From NCBI GenBank assembly GCA_963676835.2, contig CAXXFF010000002.1, forward strand, positions 768,001-832,000: a stretch of 64,000 bases of DNA. Reading direction: 5' to 3'. The notes under the pieces were generated by a model that saw only the letters and a list, made by a program, of their open reading frames with translations, had not been told where the DNA came from and searched no databases. Shown here in pieces: positions 10,476 through 20,957 of the stretch. A program made the position numbers and the translations under genes. The stretch's first letter is position 1; each line of letters begins with the position of its first letter. Source of the DNA: Marispirochaeta sp. GTDB taxonomy: Bacteria > Spirochaetota > Spirochaetia > JC444 > Marispirochaetaceae.

Positions 10476-10832
10476 CTACTCTACCTTGAGTACATCTGAG
10501 ATAACCTTCTGGAAGGTTTCCTTGGGTAGGGCGCCGGCTGCCATCTGGGGCTGTTCGTCTACGGGAATAAACAGGATGCTGGGGATACTCTGAATGCCGA
10601 ATGCTCCAGCCAGTTCCTGCTGCTCGTCGGTATTGATTTTATAGACGTCGATTTTGCCTTCATACTCCTGGGCGAGTTCCTCCATGATGGGGGCAACCAT
10701 CTTGCAGGGGCCGCACCAGTCGGCGTAGAAGTCTATAATAGCGGGCTTGTCGCCCTCGAATTTCCATTCTTTGTTTTCTTCATAGTTAAAGACCTTTGCG
10801 AGGAATGTCTCTTTGGTCAGCATCTCGGGCAT
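10476..10832 (-). CDS. trxA: Thioredoxin
   Basis: DFYADWCGPCK; start MPEMLT with AAGGAG RBS. Confidence 0.95.
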   Translation of the reverse strand: MPEMLTKETFLAKVFNYEENKEWKFEGDKPAIIDFYADWCGPCKMVAPIMEELAQEYEGKIDVYKINTDEQQELAGAFGIQSIPSILFIPVDEQPQMAAGALPKETFQKVISDVLKVE

Positions 10833-11005
10833 ATGTCTCTCCTTGACTCTCAATATAAATATATAATAATCACTATATACAGAAATGTCAATGCCGTTTG
10901 CACGAAATTAGTTTTTCTGCATTCTAATTATTGGACCTTTTAACAGGCCGCCTATATAGAGTATAACCATAAGAAGAGATAATTCAAAATTCAGGAGATG
11001 AAATC

Positions 11006-12979
11006 ATGCAAATTGATTCTTTACAGGCTGTGGCGAAGAGTGTGAGAGCACTTTCCATTGACGGTGTGCAGGCGGCAAACTCGGGGCATCCCGGGCTTCC
11101 CATGGGAGCGGCTGAGCTGGGTGCGCTTTTATACGGCGAGGTACTGAAGCATAACCCCGCGGATTCCGGATGGGTTGACCGGGACCGGTTTGTGCTTTCA
11201 GCCGGGCACGGCTCCATGTTTCTTTACAGTCTGCTGCATCTGTCCGGGTACAAGCTGAGCCTGGATGAGCTGAAGAAGTTCCGTCAGCTGGGTTCGAAAA
11301 CCCCCGGACATCCGGAGCACGGCTGGACTGACGGTGTTGAGACCTCCACCGGGCCGCTGGGGGCGGGACTGACCAATGCAGTTGGTATGGCCATTGCCGA
11401 AACAATGCTTGCGGCAAAGTTCAATACCGCTGAGCACACCATAATTGACCATTACACCTATGCCCTGGCCGGTGACGGCTGCATGATGGAGGGAGTTACC
11501 TCCGAAGCGGCATCTCTTGCGGGTCATCTGGGGCTTGAGAAGCTGATAGTTTTCTACGATTCCAACCGGATCAGTATCGAAGGCAATACGGAGATTACCT
11601 TTACCGAGAGTGTGGCAGACCGATATAAGGCTTACGGCTGGCAGGTTCTTGAAGGTGATATGTATGATATTGCAGGAACGGCCGGGTTGGTGGCAAAAGC
11701 AAAAGCAGGAACAGAGAGGGACGGAGGAAAGCCGACGCTGATTATTCTGAAGTCAATAATCGGAAAAGGATCGCCAAATATGGAAGGTTCCCATGATGTT
11801 CATGGTGCTCCCCTGGGGACGGAGGAAAGAAAACTGACCCGCAAGAACCTGGGAATCCCCGAAAATGAGGACTTTTACATAGATCCCAAGGCTTCTGAGT
11901 TCTTTGCTGGTAAAAAACCCGGCTGGCAGGCCGCACAGGACGCCTGGAATGAGGGTTTCAAGGCCTGGGCGGCTGCGAATCCTGCGCTTAAAAAGGAGTG
12001 GGATCTCTGGATGGCGGAAAAGTCGGATGCAGGACTGGTTTCCTGGCCTGAATACAAGGTGGGTGATTCTGTGGCTACCCGGAGTGCATCAGGTTCTGCC
12101 ATTAAGGCTATCGGTCAGGGATTAAGCAATTTTGTGGGTGGATCCGCGGATCTTGAGCCTTCAAATAAGACTGCCCTCGGATTTGGCGACTATCAGAAGG
12201 ATAATCGCGGAGGCCGCACCCTCAGATTTGGTGTTCGTGAGCATGCCATGGGCGGAATCGCCAACGGTATTGCCCTCCACGGGGGCTTGAGAACCTTTTG
12301 CGCGACTTTTCTGGTGTTCGCCGACTATATGCGGCCTCCCATGAGACTTGCAAGCCTGATGAAGCTGCCGGTTACCTACGTTCTGACCCATGATTCCATC
12401 TATGTTGGAGAAGACGGACCAACACATCAGCCGGTTGAGCATGTTGAATCCTTAAGGATTATTCCCGGAATGACGGTATTCCGCCCCGGTGATGCTCAGG
12501 AGACCAACTGCGCATATGAAATTGCCCTGGAGAAGACCGATGGACCGGTTGCCCTCGCGCTGACTCGTCAGAACCTTGCGGTATACGAGAAGGCCGATAA
12601 AGACTGGATGAATACCATGCGCAAAGGTGCTTATGTGGTGAAGGATACCGATGGGACTCCGGATGTTGTGGTTGTTGCAACGGGGTCGGAGGTTAATCTT
12701 GCGCTTTCTGCGGCAGAAAAGAGCGGAAAGAAGGTGAAGATTGTCTCCATGCCTTCCAGGGAGACTTTCCAGCAGCAGGATAAGGCTTTTAAAGCCTCTA
12801 TTTTGCCTGCAGGTGTGAAGACTGTGGTTGCTGAGGCTGGAATCGGCGCGGGATGGGAGGGTATTGCCTCTGATCCGGAGCTTATTCTTTGCATGAAAAG
12901 CTTTGGCGAGTCCGGTCCTGCCGGGGATGTTGCGAAGCACTTCGGGTTTATCGTGGAGAATCTTGCTTCCATGCTGTAG
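11006..12979 (+). CDS. tkt: Transketolase
   Basis: [55 protein letters not shown]. Confidence 0.98.
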   Translation: MQIDSLQAVAKSVRALSIDGVQAANSGHPGLPMGAAELGALLYGEVLKHNPADSGWVDRDRFVLSAGHGSMFLYSLLHLSGYKLSLDELKKFRQLGSKTPGHPEHGWTDGVETSTGPLGAGLTNAVGMAIAETMLAAKFNTAEHTIIDHYTYALAGDGCMMEGVTSEAASLAGHLGLEKLIVFYDSNRISIEGNTEITFTESVADRYKAYGWQVLEGDMYDIAGTAGLVAKAKAGTERDGGKPTLIILKSIIGKGSPNMEGSHDVHGAPLGTEERKLTRKNLGIPENEDFYIDPKASEFFAGKKPGWQAAQDAWNEGFKAWAAANPALKKEWDLWMAEKSDAGLVSWPEYKVGDSVATRSASGSAIKAIGQGLSNFVGGSADLEPSNKTALGFGDYQKDNRGGRTLRFGVREHAMGGIANGIALHGGLRTFCATFLVFADYMRPPMRLASLMKLPVTYVLTHDSIYVGEDGPTHQPVEHVESLRIIPGMTVFRPGDAQETNCAYEIALEKTDGPVALALTRQNLAVYEKADKDWMNTMRKGAYVVKDTDGTPDVVVVATGSEVNLALSAAEKSGKKVKIVSMPSRETFQQQDKAFKASILPAGVKTVVAEAGIGAGWEGIASDPELILCMKSFGESGPAGDVAKHFGFIVENLASML

Positions 12980-13006
12980 GGGTTGAAACTGTAAACAAAG
13001 ATAATG

Positions 13007-13190
13007 GGGACGGAGGTTTTGGTATTTTAAACCTTCGTTTATTTTCCAGCGTTTGTGCCCTCTGCTGTACAGCAGGGGGCTTTTTGTAGTTAAGGGGAGA
13101 AGGTCAGTGGACGATCTGTCGCGGGAATTATGCAGCAAAAGCAGGGGATAAGTTTGTAGATACTGGCTGATAAACAGGGACGGAGGTTTT
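13007..13190 (+). repeat. Two GGGACGGAGGTTTT copies directly upstream of the HUH nuclease gene
   Basis: Copies at 13007 and 13177. The first is followed by a decayed inverted partner AAACCTTCGT near 13029-13038. Confidence 0.85.
13057..13085 (+). terminator. tkt intrinsic terminator
   Basis: GCCCTCTGCTGTACAGCAGGGGGC followed by TTTTT. Confidence 0.8.
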
Positions 13191-13248
13191 TCTCAAGAAA
13201 TTATTCTATACCTTGAAGCAAACCGGGAAATTCATCGTTCTTGTTTAT

Positions 13249-13722
13249 ATGAGAAAGATAAGGGAAAAGCAGCCCGGGGCTGTGTATCATGTTGTGGCAA
13301 AGACTAACAGAAGTGAATTTATGCTGGAATCAAAACTGGTGAAGCAGATGTTTCTTGTGCTGCTCAAGACTGCACTGAAGAAATATCCGTGCCAGCTTAA
13401 TCATTTCTGTATAATGAGTAACCATGTGCATATTCTGATTGAACCCCTGGATGGAACTGATCTCTCGCAGATGATGCAGTGGCTGTTAAGTGTTTTCGCT
13501 ATCCGGTTCAACAGGCTATATGGTCTTAAAGGACATGTATGGTACGACCGGTTTAAAAGCACAATAGTAAAATCCCTTGAGCATTTTAAAAACAGCTACC
13601 GGTATATTTCCGAAAACCCGGTAAAAGCAGGGATGTGTACTTCCCCGGAGGAGTATGAATTTTCCGGATTACACTGGGTTGATCATCTCCTGCGGTCCGT
13701 AAAAAGGGTCATATTTGAATGA
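13249..13722 (+). mobile_element. HUH Y1 transposase-like protein (RAYT/TnpA-REP-related, IS200 superfamily)
   Basis: GAVYHV, CIMSNHVHIL (HUH), GHVWYDRFKS, YISENPVKAG (catalytic Tyr helix). No tnpB next to it. Confidence 0.92.
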
Positions 13723-13795
13723 CTTTCACCATGGGCATCTGCATTGATGTTCTGGTATTAACGAAAGATTAACTTTTCGGTAGTATTCTTGACTT

Positions 13796-14404
13796 ATGAA
13801 CTGCAATCCTCAGGATCTCCATGTACATACAATTTTCTCGGTCGGTGATGGTGCCGTTGTTCCCCAGATGTCCATAGCCTTTGTTGCGTCCATGGAACAT
13901 GCGGAAGTGCGCGGTATCAGTGATCATTTTGAATATCTCAGAGGTGAAATCTTCGAAGAGTACTCTGCTGAAGTTCGAAAATACGGTTTTTATCTGGGGT
14001 GCGAAGTAAATGATTCTTCCGATGCCCTGGAAGCGGTAGAATACCCTTATGATTACTATATATATCACTGCCGGGATCGGGAGAGTGAATATCGGGGGTC
14101 GGAGGTTCTTCTTTCCACCGGAAAACCGGTAATTATCAGCCACCCCATGGCTATGGGGGCGGATCTTTCCCGTGTTCCAACCGACTGCTATATTGAAATC
14201 AACAACCGCTATGTCTGGAGAGACAATTACCGGGCCTATTTTTCTCCCTGGCTCGATACCTTCCGCTTTGTTTTCGGTTCTGACGCTCATCAGCCGAACT
14301 GGTTGAACCAGACAGTCGCCCGGAAAATTGGAGCGGAGATGGGTGTTAAGGAAAGTATTCTATTTCCTGTCAATTCCGGGGTCTGCGGTTGTTCTGGTAA
14401 ATAA
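13796..14404 (+). CDS. Small PHP-domain phosphoesterase
   Basis: DLHVHT, ISDH, GCE, SHP, EINN, GSDAH motifs. Confidence 0.85.
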   Translation: MNCNPQDLHVHTIFSVGDGAVVPQMSIAFVASMEHAEVRGISDHFEYLRGEIFEEYSAEVRKYGFYLGCEVNDSSDALEAVEYPYDYYIYHCRDRESEYRGSEVLLSTGKPVIISHPMAMGADLSRVPTDCYIEINNRYVWRDNYRAYFSPWLDTFRFVFGSDAHQPNWLNQTVARKIGAEMGVKESILFPVNSGVCGCSGK

Positions 14405-14407
14405 AGA

Positions 14408-14420
14408 GGGACGGAGGTTT
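14408..14420 (+). repeat. GGGACGGAGGTTT copy just after the PHP gene stop
   Basis: Exact motif 3 bp after TAA. Confidence 0.8.
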
Positions 14421-14476
14421 CTTTTAGGCTGCCCCCGTTCAAAGCTCCCATTCGAGCTTAACCACACAATCCTCTG

Positions 14477-15241
14477 TTATAAATCCACCGAATCAATAGA
14501 ACTCTGCAGGGCTTGAATGATGTATTTACGGATCTTGGTTTTTTCAGAATTGGTTGTTTTCGGTGTGAAGATTATCACATAAATTTTAGGCTTTGCCTCT
14601 CTGAAGCCTAAAACCACACCCGAAACGCTGACCAGGCTGCTTCTCAGGCGTAGCTGAATCCCCTCAAGCAGGGTGTTTTTCTGCAGTTTCGGATCGGCGT
14701 TATCAAAGGTTACCGCCATTCCAATGGAACTTACGTCGATAATATTTCCCGGAAGTACTGTATCTGAAATTCTTACATTGAAGATAGCATTCTTGTCATC
14801 GCTGCTATTGACCCGTACATACTTCCTCCGTCCCCGTGCTTCACTTGCTTCCAGGGCGGTGAGGATTATTTTTGTGCTCTGCGCCAATCCGAGCTTAAGC
14901 TGGATAAATCCGCACTGTACGCCGATATCCATCAGGTATTTCTGCTTAAGCTCTGCATCATTATTGTATGAGAGGATCCCGATACGAACATCCTTAAGTG
15001 CGGCGTTGCCGATAATGCCTTTGATATATTCTTCCCACTCCTCTTCGCTCAGTTTGTCATCGATGTTAATAAAAAGGATAGAGTCGGGATATTTCTCAAG
15101 AATTCTCAGTGCACGTCTATGATCTTTGAGAAGGGTAACTTCGTATTCCTGGGTTATAAGGGTATATAAGAGTTCTTCCTGTACAACACTGTGAGGATAC
15201 AGGAGGAATACTTTTTTTCCGGCTATTTCAGCGTTTGCCAT
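14477..15241 (-). CDS. PilZ-domain protein
   Basis: RRKYVR (RxxxR) and DVSSIG (DxSxxG). Confidence 0.85.
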   Translation of the reverse strand: MANAEIAGKKVFLLYPHSVVQEELLYTLITQEYEVTLLKDHRRALRILEKYPDSILFINIDDKLSEEEWEEYIKGIIGNAALKDVRIGILSYNNDAELKQKYLMDIGVQCGFIQLKLGLAQSTKIILTALEASEARGRRKYVRVNSSDDKNAIFNVRISDTVLPGNIIDVSSIGMAVTFDNADPKLQKNTLLEGIQLRLRSSLVSVSGVVLGFREAKPKIYVIIFTPKTTNSEKTKIRKYIIQALQSSIDSVDL

Positions 15242-15321
15242 TACTATTTAAGCCTATACGTTGTGATCTTGCGGGTCAAGAAAATAGTGTGATTAAATTA
15301 GAGCTGCCCATGTTTTAAGGT

Positions 15322-15852
15322 CTACTTTATGGTATCCACAAGCTTTTTGAGGGCGAAACGGGTGGATTGAAAGGCGAGAATTTCAGGGCGTATGTCATCC
15401 GGTTTCTGCAGACTGACAGCGGTGGATTCTACCATATCAATAACAGGGCTTGCGTAATTGAGTTCAGCTGAAAAAAAGATATCGCAGGTTATGTAGGGAA
15501 TTCCCTTGTACTGGTAGCTGTTCGTATGGCTTGTCAGGTAACAGAGTTCTTCCTGTTTCAGGGCAATCCCTGCTTCCTCCATGCATTCACGAACCACAGC
15601 TTCCTCTGCAGATTCTCCGGGATCAACAAATCCGCCGGGAATTGTATACAGGCCTTTACCCGGGTCTTTTCCTCTCTGGAGAAGCAGGAGTTTTCCCTGA
15701 ATAAGCAGCAGTACACCGGCACCTGTAGCAACATTATGAAAATAGGTAAAGCCGCATCTGCGGCAAAGGTACTTTTTTGCTTCAAGCAGATTGAGGTTTT
15801 TACTGCCGCAGCCGGGACAAACTGAAAAAGGCCAGTGGTGATCTTTGCTCAT
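15322..15852 (-). CDS. NUDIX hydrolase with N-terminal zinc ribbon
   Basis: CPGCG and CRRCG; GGFVDPGESAEEAVVRECMEEAG Nudix box. Confidence 0.92.
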   Translation of the reverse strand: MSKDHHWPFSVCPGCGSKNLNLLEAKKYLCRRCGFTYFHNVATGAGVLLLIQGKLLLLQRGKDPGKGLYTIPGGFVDPGESAEEAVVRECMEEAGIALKQEELCYLTSHTNSYQYKGIPYITCDIFFSAELNYASPVIDMVESTAVSLQKPDDIRPEILAFQSTRFALKKLVDTIK

Positions 15853-18530
15853 TTCGGGCTGTTATTGCTGAATGTACTGCGTATGTCCTGCACCGTAGGA
15901 ACAGTTTCGACACTCAGGGATTTAAGGCACAAACAGGGAATTCCCGCCCGCATGGCGGCTTTTTTCCCTTCCGGGAATCCTGACAGGATCAGGCAGTTGC
16001 GATGCATAAGCTCTCCCTGGGTTGCAGCGGTGAAAAATACTTCCGGATCTGGAAGGGGCACTGCAATGTCATCAGTTGGAGTATGAATGCGTACATGACC
16101 GGCAAGAGGGTGATCATCGTCGCTTCCGCAGAGAATGGTTTCTATTCCGAGGCCCTCCAGATTTACAATCAGCTCCTTCAGTTGCTCCGTTGTTGCAGCA
16201 TCAGGCCGGGGCAGGTGTACAAGCACTCCCTTCAGTTCGGGAACCAGGCTGCGCCGGACAGTTTCCCGGGTGGTGAGGTTCAGAATTTCATATTCGTGAC
16301 GTATTTCAAGGGGTTCTCCCCGCAGGAGGGTGTACACCGCCTCTTCATGGCTGAAGGTCACTTTCAGCAGGCTTCCCCGTATCTCAATCTGGAAACTCAA
16401 TTCATCCATCTGATCGGGAAGATGAGGTTCAAACCAGGGGATGCCTGTTTCAAGTTTCAATCCTCCAAAGCCGAAGACCAGGGCCTGCCAGGTTCCCCCG
16501 GTTGCGGCCATATGGAGCCCGTCTTTTACATTCCCCTGGATATCTTCTATATCCACATCAAGATTCCGGGCGAAGAATTTCCATGCCTCCTTCAACCTGC
16601 CTTCCCGGGCAGAGATAATTGCCTGTACCGGCGCTCCAAGGGATGAGTCAAAGGTTGTCAGGGGAGTATAGAACTCATATGCCCGCAGGTGTTCTCCTTC
16701 GGTAAACTCTTCCGGCAGAAGAAAAGCGGCCATAAGAAGATCCGGCTGCTTAAGGACACGGTGGCGGTAGATCACCAGGGGATGAAAGTTCAGCAGCAGA
16801 GGATATTTTTCTTTGGGGGTATGCTCAAAGTCCCAGGGTTTCCTGAACAGGATGTCGTCATCCTGAAGGTGGATTCCAAGTTTGCTGTCGTAGGGGATAT
16901 GCATGGTTTCCGAGGCTTTGTGCCAGGTGTCCACCTCTTCCGCCTGCATTCCCAGATGGGTGCTGATGCGCTGCAGCTCCTCAAAATGCTCATCCGCCAT
17001 CCAGTAATAGACTTCGATGGCATAGCGAAGATGAAAACGGGCCATCATGTTGGTATAGCAGTTATTGTTTACCAGGGCTGTATATTCATCAGGTCCGGTT
17101 ACTCCGTTGAGACAGAAATCTCCTCCTCGTTCGGGGTTGAAAAAGCCGAGGGAGATCCAGGTCCTGGCGGTTTCAAACAGAATTTCTGCTCCCTCGGTGA
17201 GCAGGAAATTATAATCTCTGGTTACATTTATATACTGACGGATTGCATAGGCGACTGCGGCATTTATGTGGTACTGGGCTGTTCCGGCAAGAAAATAGGC
17301 GGAGGCTTCCTGGCCGTTGATGGTCCTCCAGGGGAAGAGGGCGCCTTTTTCCGCCATTTCACGTGCCCGGGCTCGGGCTGCATCAAGCATACGGTAGCGG
17401 TAGCGGAGAATTGCCTTTGCACTCTCTTTGTGGTTGAAAGCGAAAAAGGGAAGGACAAACAACTCGGTATCCCAGAAGATGTGTCCTTCATATCCTTCTG
17501 AAGTAAGTCCTTTGGCTGCAATACTTTTATTCAGCAGAAAGCGGCCGGCCTGAAAAAGCTGAAAAATGGAATAGCGGACCTTTTTCTGTATCTCATCATT
17601 GCCTTTAATGAGGACATCGCTGGTTTCCCAGAATTCATCAAGGACTGAACAGTGTTCTTTATACAGAACATCGAATCCCCGGGCAGCGGTTGTTCTCAGA
17701 TCATCCATCATAAGCTGGAGTTCTTTATCCGGCTCATCTTCTATCAGCCCGGCGTATACATATTTACGAAAAGAAACCTGTTTTCCCTTTTCCTGGCGGA
17801 AGATCATGGCTGTACCGGGTTTTCGGTCATCCGGCATTGCCACAAGTTCCTGAGCTTCCGGGATAGAGTTATGGGTAATAACCGTGGCTGCACTGATTTT
17901 ACTGAGTCGTGTCTGCTCCACCATGCCGACGGTATTACCTTCCCGCAGGTTCTCAAGTATTTGTTTTGTTTCTCCCGCATGTCCGGAAACTCTCGGATCA
18001 CCGAAATCGACACGGTTGGTTGTGCTGCCGTCGAGAAAGGACTCAATGACAATGGTGGCATCAGCGTCCAGAGGGGTCACCTGAACTTCCATGATAAACA
18101 GCCTTGGGTCGGCAAGAGAAACGATCCGGCGGCTGCTGTAGGCAACGTGCTCTCCTCCGGGGAGGCTCAGGGTCATTCTCCGGTGGAGGGTCCCGGTTTT
18201 CAGGTCCAGACTGCGATAGTATTCGCTGCATTCCAGCTCTTCCGGGTTCAATTCTGTGCCGTTCACCCGTACCTTGATAATCCGGGGGTTGGCTATGTTC
18301 TGAATTGTCTGGTGAAATTTGGCGTATCCGTAGGCGGACTCACCATATTCTATGGGCCGCATTTCGTAAAAGCCGTTCAGGTAAGTTCCGGAATGGAAGT
18401 TTCCGTATTCCTCTTCAAAATCGCCCCGTACACCGAGATTCCCGTTACCCAGTGCAAAGAGGGTCTCGTTTTTAGGAAAAGCGGCAGGATTGTATTCGAG
18501 TTCTTCTAATTTCCAGGCATCATTTTCCAT
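15849..18530 (-). CDS. Glycoside hydrolase family 65 phosphorylase with a degenerate C-terminal HAD-like domain
   Basis: ETLFALGNGNLGVRG, KGLTSEGYEGHIFWDTE, VTGPDEY, KQPD, DSSL. Confidence 0.92.
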   Translation of the reverse strand: MENDAWKLEELEYNPAAFPKNETLFALGNGNLGVRGDFEEEYGNFHSGTYLNGFYEMRPIEYGESAYGYAKFHQTIQNIANPRIIKVRVNGTELNPEELECSEYYRSLDLKTGTLHRRMTLSLPGGEHVAYSSRRIVSLADPRLFIMEVQVTPLDADATIVIESFLDGSTTNRVDFGDPRVSGHAGETKQILENLREGNTVGMVEQTRLSKISAATVITHNSIPEAQELVAMPDDRKPGTAMIFRQEKGKQVSFRKYVYAGLIEDEPDKELQLMMDDLRTTAARGFDVLYKEHCSVLDEFWETSDVLIKGNDEIQKKVRYSIFQLFQAGRFLLNKSIAAKGLTSEGYEGHIFWDTELFVLPFFAFNHKESAKAILRYRYRMLDAARARAREMAEKGALFPWRTINGQEASAYFLAGTAQYHINAAVAYAIRQYINVTRDYNFLLTEGAEILFETARTWISLGFFNPERGGDFCLNGVTGPDEYTALVNNNCYTNMMARFHLRYAIEVYYWMADEHFEELQRISTHLGMQAEEVDTWHKASETMHIPYDSKLGIHLQDDDILFRKPWDFEHTPKEKYPLLLNFHPLVIYRHRVLKQPDLLMAAFLLPEEFTEGEHLRAYEFYTPLTTFDSSLGAPVQAIISAREGRLKEAWKFFARNLDVDIEDIQGNVKDGLHMAATGGTWQALVFGFGGLKLETGIPWFEPHLPDQMDELSFQIEIRGSLLKVTFSHEEAVYTLLRGEPLEIRHEYEILNLTTRETVRRSLVPELKGVLVHLPRPDAATTEQLKELIVNLEGLGIETILCGSDDDHPLAGHVRIHTPTDDIAVPLPDPEVFFTAATQGELMHRNCLILSGFPEGKKAAMRAGIPCLCLKSLSVETVPTVQDIRSTFSNNSPK

Positions 18531-18597
18531 TATTACCCCTGCTGTTCTCTCGCTTATGTAACCTTAATAAATTCCGTCTCTGGATACAACCGGAATA

Positions 18598-19176
18598 TCA
18601 GATGCTGCTTTCAACAGCAGCTTGTACGTCTGAAATAATCCTCCGTCCCCATGGGACCACGGTTTTTTCTTCATTCTGCAGATATCCGGTAATTTCTTTG
18701 ATCGGTATTTCCCTGCGCGTTTTACGATTAAGTCGGTAGAAGGCGGTATTCATTCCCTGGATGGTCCGGTAGCTTTCAAACCAGTCTTCCATGACCAGTA
18801 CAGAGGAGGTAAAGGTGAAATGTCCAGAAACAGTGTCTCCAAGAGCCTCAAGAACCGAGTAGGTCGTGTGCTTAAAAACCTTGAAAGGTTCAGCTGAGAA
18901 TTCATGCCATCGGGAGGCCAGTACAAAGTCGATAATAAGATCTGCCATAACTCCGGGGTAGGGGAAGCCTCTGGAGGAGATATGGGATCTCAGGCTTTTG
19001 AAATCGCTGTTGGAATCTGTTGTACGGTCAATCAGGTGATGCAGCTCTATTCCTGTCTGGACAGCTTCGGGCAAACTCAGGGTATCTATGTGGCGGATCG
19101 AGTCCCCTGCAAGGTTTCCGACCAGAATTCCGGCGTTATCTTTGGGAGAGAGAAAGGCATGGGCAAGATAATTCAC
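18598..19176 (-). CDS. acpH: ACP phosphodiesterase-like protein
   Basis: MNYLAHAFLS, GNLAGD, GIELHHLIDRTTD. Confidence 0.8.
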   Translation of the reverse strand: MNYLAHAFLSPKDNAGILVGNLAGDSIRHIDTLSLPEAVQTGIELHHLIDRTTDSNSDFKSLRSHISSRGFPYPGVMADLIIDFVLASRWHEFSAEPFKVFKHTTYSVLEALGDTVSGHFTFTSSVLVMEDWFESYRTIQGMNTAFYRLNRKTRREIPIKEITGYLQNEEKTVVPWGRRIISDVQAAVESSI

Positions 19177-19307
19177 GCTAAGCTGCTCCGGGCACAGAGG
19201 GGAAACAGTTTTTCGTCGTTATACGCCCAAATAGACATATCTGCAGTATAGGGCAGTTTTCGGGGTAATGAAAATCAGTTGTTTCCGTTCTGTGCCGGGC
19301 AGGTCTA

Positions 19308-19517
19308 TTACAGAAAAGTCCGGGCTCTTTCTGCCTGTGATGGAAAAAGATCTTCCGGAACAGCACTGCTGCCTTTTGCTTTAAAGACCATGTACCTGGC
19401 GCAATTGGTATTATCCCCGAGACAATATTTATTTTTCATTATCTCCGAAAGGGCTGGCATCTTCTGCATCCTGTCATTAAAGAACGGACATTTTGGCAGG
19501 CATTCACATTCAGCCAT
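19308..19517 (-). CDS. Small Cys-rich hypothetical protein, 69 aa
   Basis: AGGAGG RBS; Cx5CPFF..YC..CARY..VPEDLFP pattern shared with the ORF at 57428. Confidence 0.75.
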   Translation of the reverse strand: MAECECLPKCPFFNDRMQKMPALSEIMKNKYCLGDNTNCARYMVFKAKGSSAVPEDLFPSQAERARTFL

Positions 19518-19583
19518 ATAAATTCCTCCTGATTTTTGATTACTGTTATCAGTATAGGCAATTGACAGAAGGTTCGCAAATTT

Positions 19584-20900
19584 TCAGACCCGGATTTCTC
19601 TCTTTGCCAGGGCAACACTCTGTTCGTTTGCACGGATAAGTTTTCGGGCTATAAGTTTTGAAAGGAAAATGCCGTAATGGGGGTGTTCTTTGACTACGGA
19701 GACAAAATTCTTTCTGGACATCTTTATCAGCTTGCCCCGGGATTCCGCCTTTACCATGGCACTGCGCTGGTTGTTTAACAGAAAGGACATTTCTCCCATA
19801 AAGATATCCGCGGGGCTCAGCTTGCCGACCTTTTTTCCGGCATGGTAAACACCGAAGTGTCCGGCGGCAATGTAGTAGAGAAAATCACTGGTTTCTCCTT
19901 CCTGAAAAATAATGTCTCCTGGATTCACCGGGACAGATTCCTGATCAGAAAATCCGGTGGGCGCTGTCTGTTCTGTACTTTCCGTATGCCCGAAGACAAG
20001 TCGAACAACGTTGCCCTTCCTGTTATAGGAGAGTCTTTTAGAAATTTGGCGGGCCATCATAATTCCCCGGCCGTTAAAATCTTCGGTCCCCCTTTTTTTC
20101 AGTTTCTCCTGCAGTTTCCTTATGTCAAATCCCTCTCCCTGGTCTCTGATGGTGAAAACAGTTTCAGCCTCGTCTGTTTCCCATTCAAAACGTACCCTTC
20201 TGGCGGCAATCCGGGGGTCACGGCATTTCTCCTGAATAATGTCGATCATGGTTCTGCCGGAAGTCAGAAGCAGACTTTTTTCGTCCATGGTGACCCCGCA
20301 GTTGCCGTGTTCTATGCCGTTGAGAATAAGCTCTGAAAGGGAGATCTGCAGCTCCTGTTTACGCTCCGGACTGATATAACCCTTCTGCAAAAGAGATGTA
20401 GCTGCAAGTCCTGCAAAGACCGGAACAGAAAGGGGGTCGTTATCTATAAGAAATGCCCCGGCACTCTTTCCGACCAGTTTTTCTGCAATCTCATGCTGAA
20501 AAATTATCTGCCAGTTATCATCTATAATCTGTATGATTTTCTGCAGATGCGATGCCAGTCGTCCCTGTTCCAGCAGAGAAAGTATATTGAGGTTGCCCAT
20601 TTGCCGGATAAGCTCATCTTCCCGGTTGCGGCTGCGGTTCCATATGCCGATAACACCGAAGGTGTGGAGCCAGGTTGTTTTCTCAAAACCCTGTATCAGG
20701 TGTTCCAGATCCACCAGCGGATCGGACAGGTTCAGAATTATAAGCTCCGGCAGATCGAAGCTCATAAAATCAAACAGACCGGAGGCCTCAGAGAAGAAGC
20801 GCAGAAGATGTTCAGAAGTGTTATCACCGTTCAGGCAGTTTTTAAGTTCAGCTGTAATGGATTCTTCAGTATTTAAAACTCCGATCAGGCTCACAGGCAA
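19584..20900 (-). CDS. Receiver-like + RsbW-type HATPase + cNMP-binding domain protein
   Basis: ELILNGIEHGN, RDQGEGFD, GRGIMM; IFQEGETSDFLYYI, GEMSFLLNNQRSA. Confidence 0.85.
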   Translation of the reverse strand: MPVSLIGVLNTEESITAELKNCLNGDNTSEHLLRFFSEASGLFDFMSFDLPELIILNLSDPLVDLEHLIQGFEKTTWLHTFGVIGIWNRSRNREDELIRQMGNLNILSLLEQGRLASHLQKIIQIIDDNWQIIFQHEIAEKLVGKSAGAFLIDNDPLSVPVFAGLAATSLLQKGYISPERKQELQISLSELILNGIEHGNCGVTMDEKSLLLTSGRTMIDIIQEKCRDPRIAARRVRFEWETDEAETVFTIRDQGEGFDIRKLQEKLKKRGTEDFNGRGIMMARQISKRLSYNRKGNVVRLVFGHTESTEQTAPTGFSDQESVPVNPGDIIFQEGETSDFLYYIAAGHFGVYHAGKKVGKLSPADIFMGEMSFLLNNQRSAMVKAESRGKLIKMSRKNFVSVVKEHPHYGIFLSKLIARKLIRANEQSVALAKREIRV

Positions 20901-20957
20901 TGACTCCTTTTTATGCTGGCTGTTATTTTACCATGGGATGCGGCTTAATCTGCCGGA

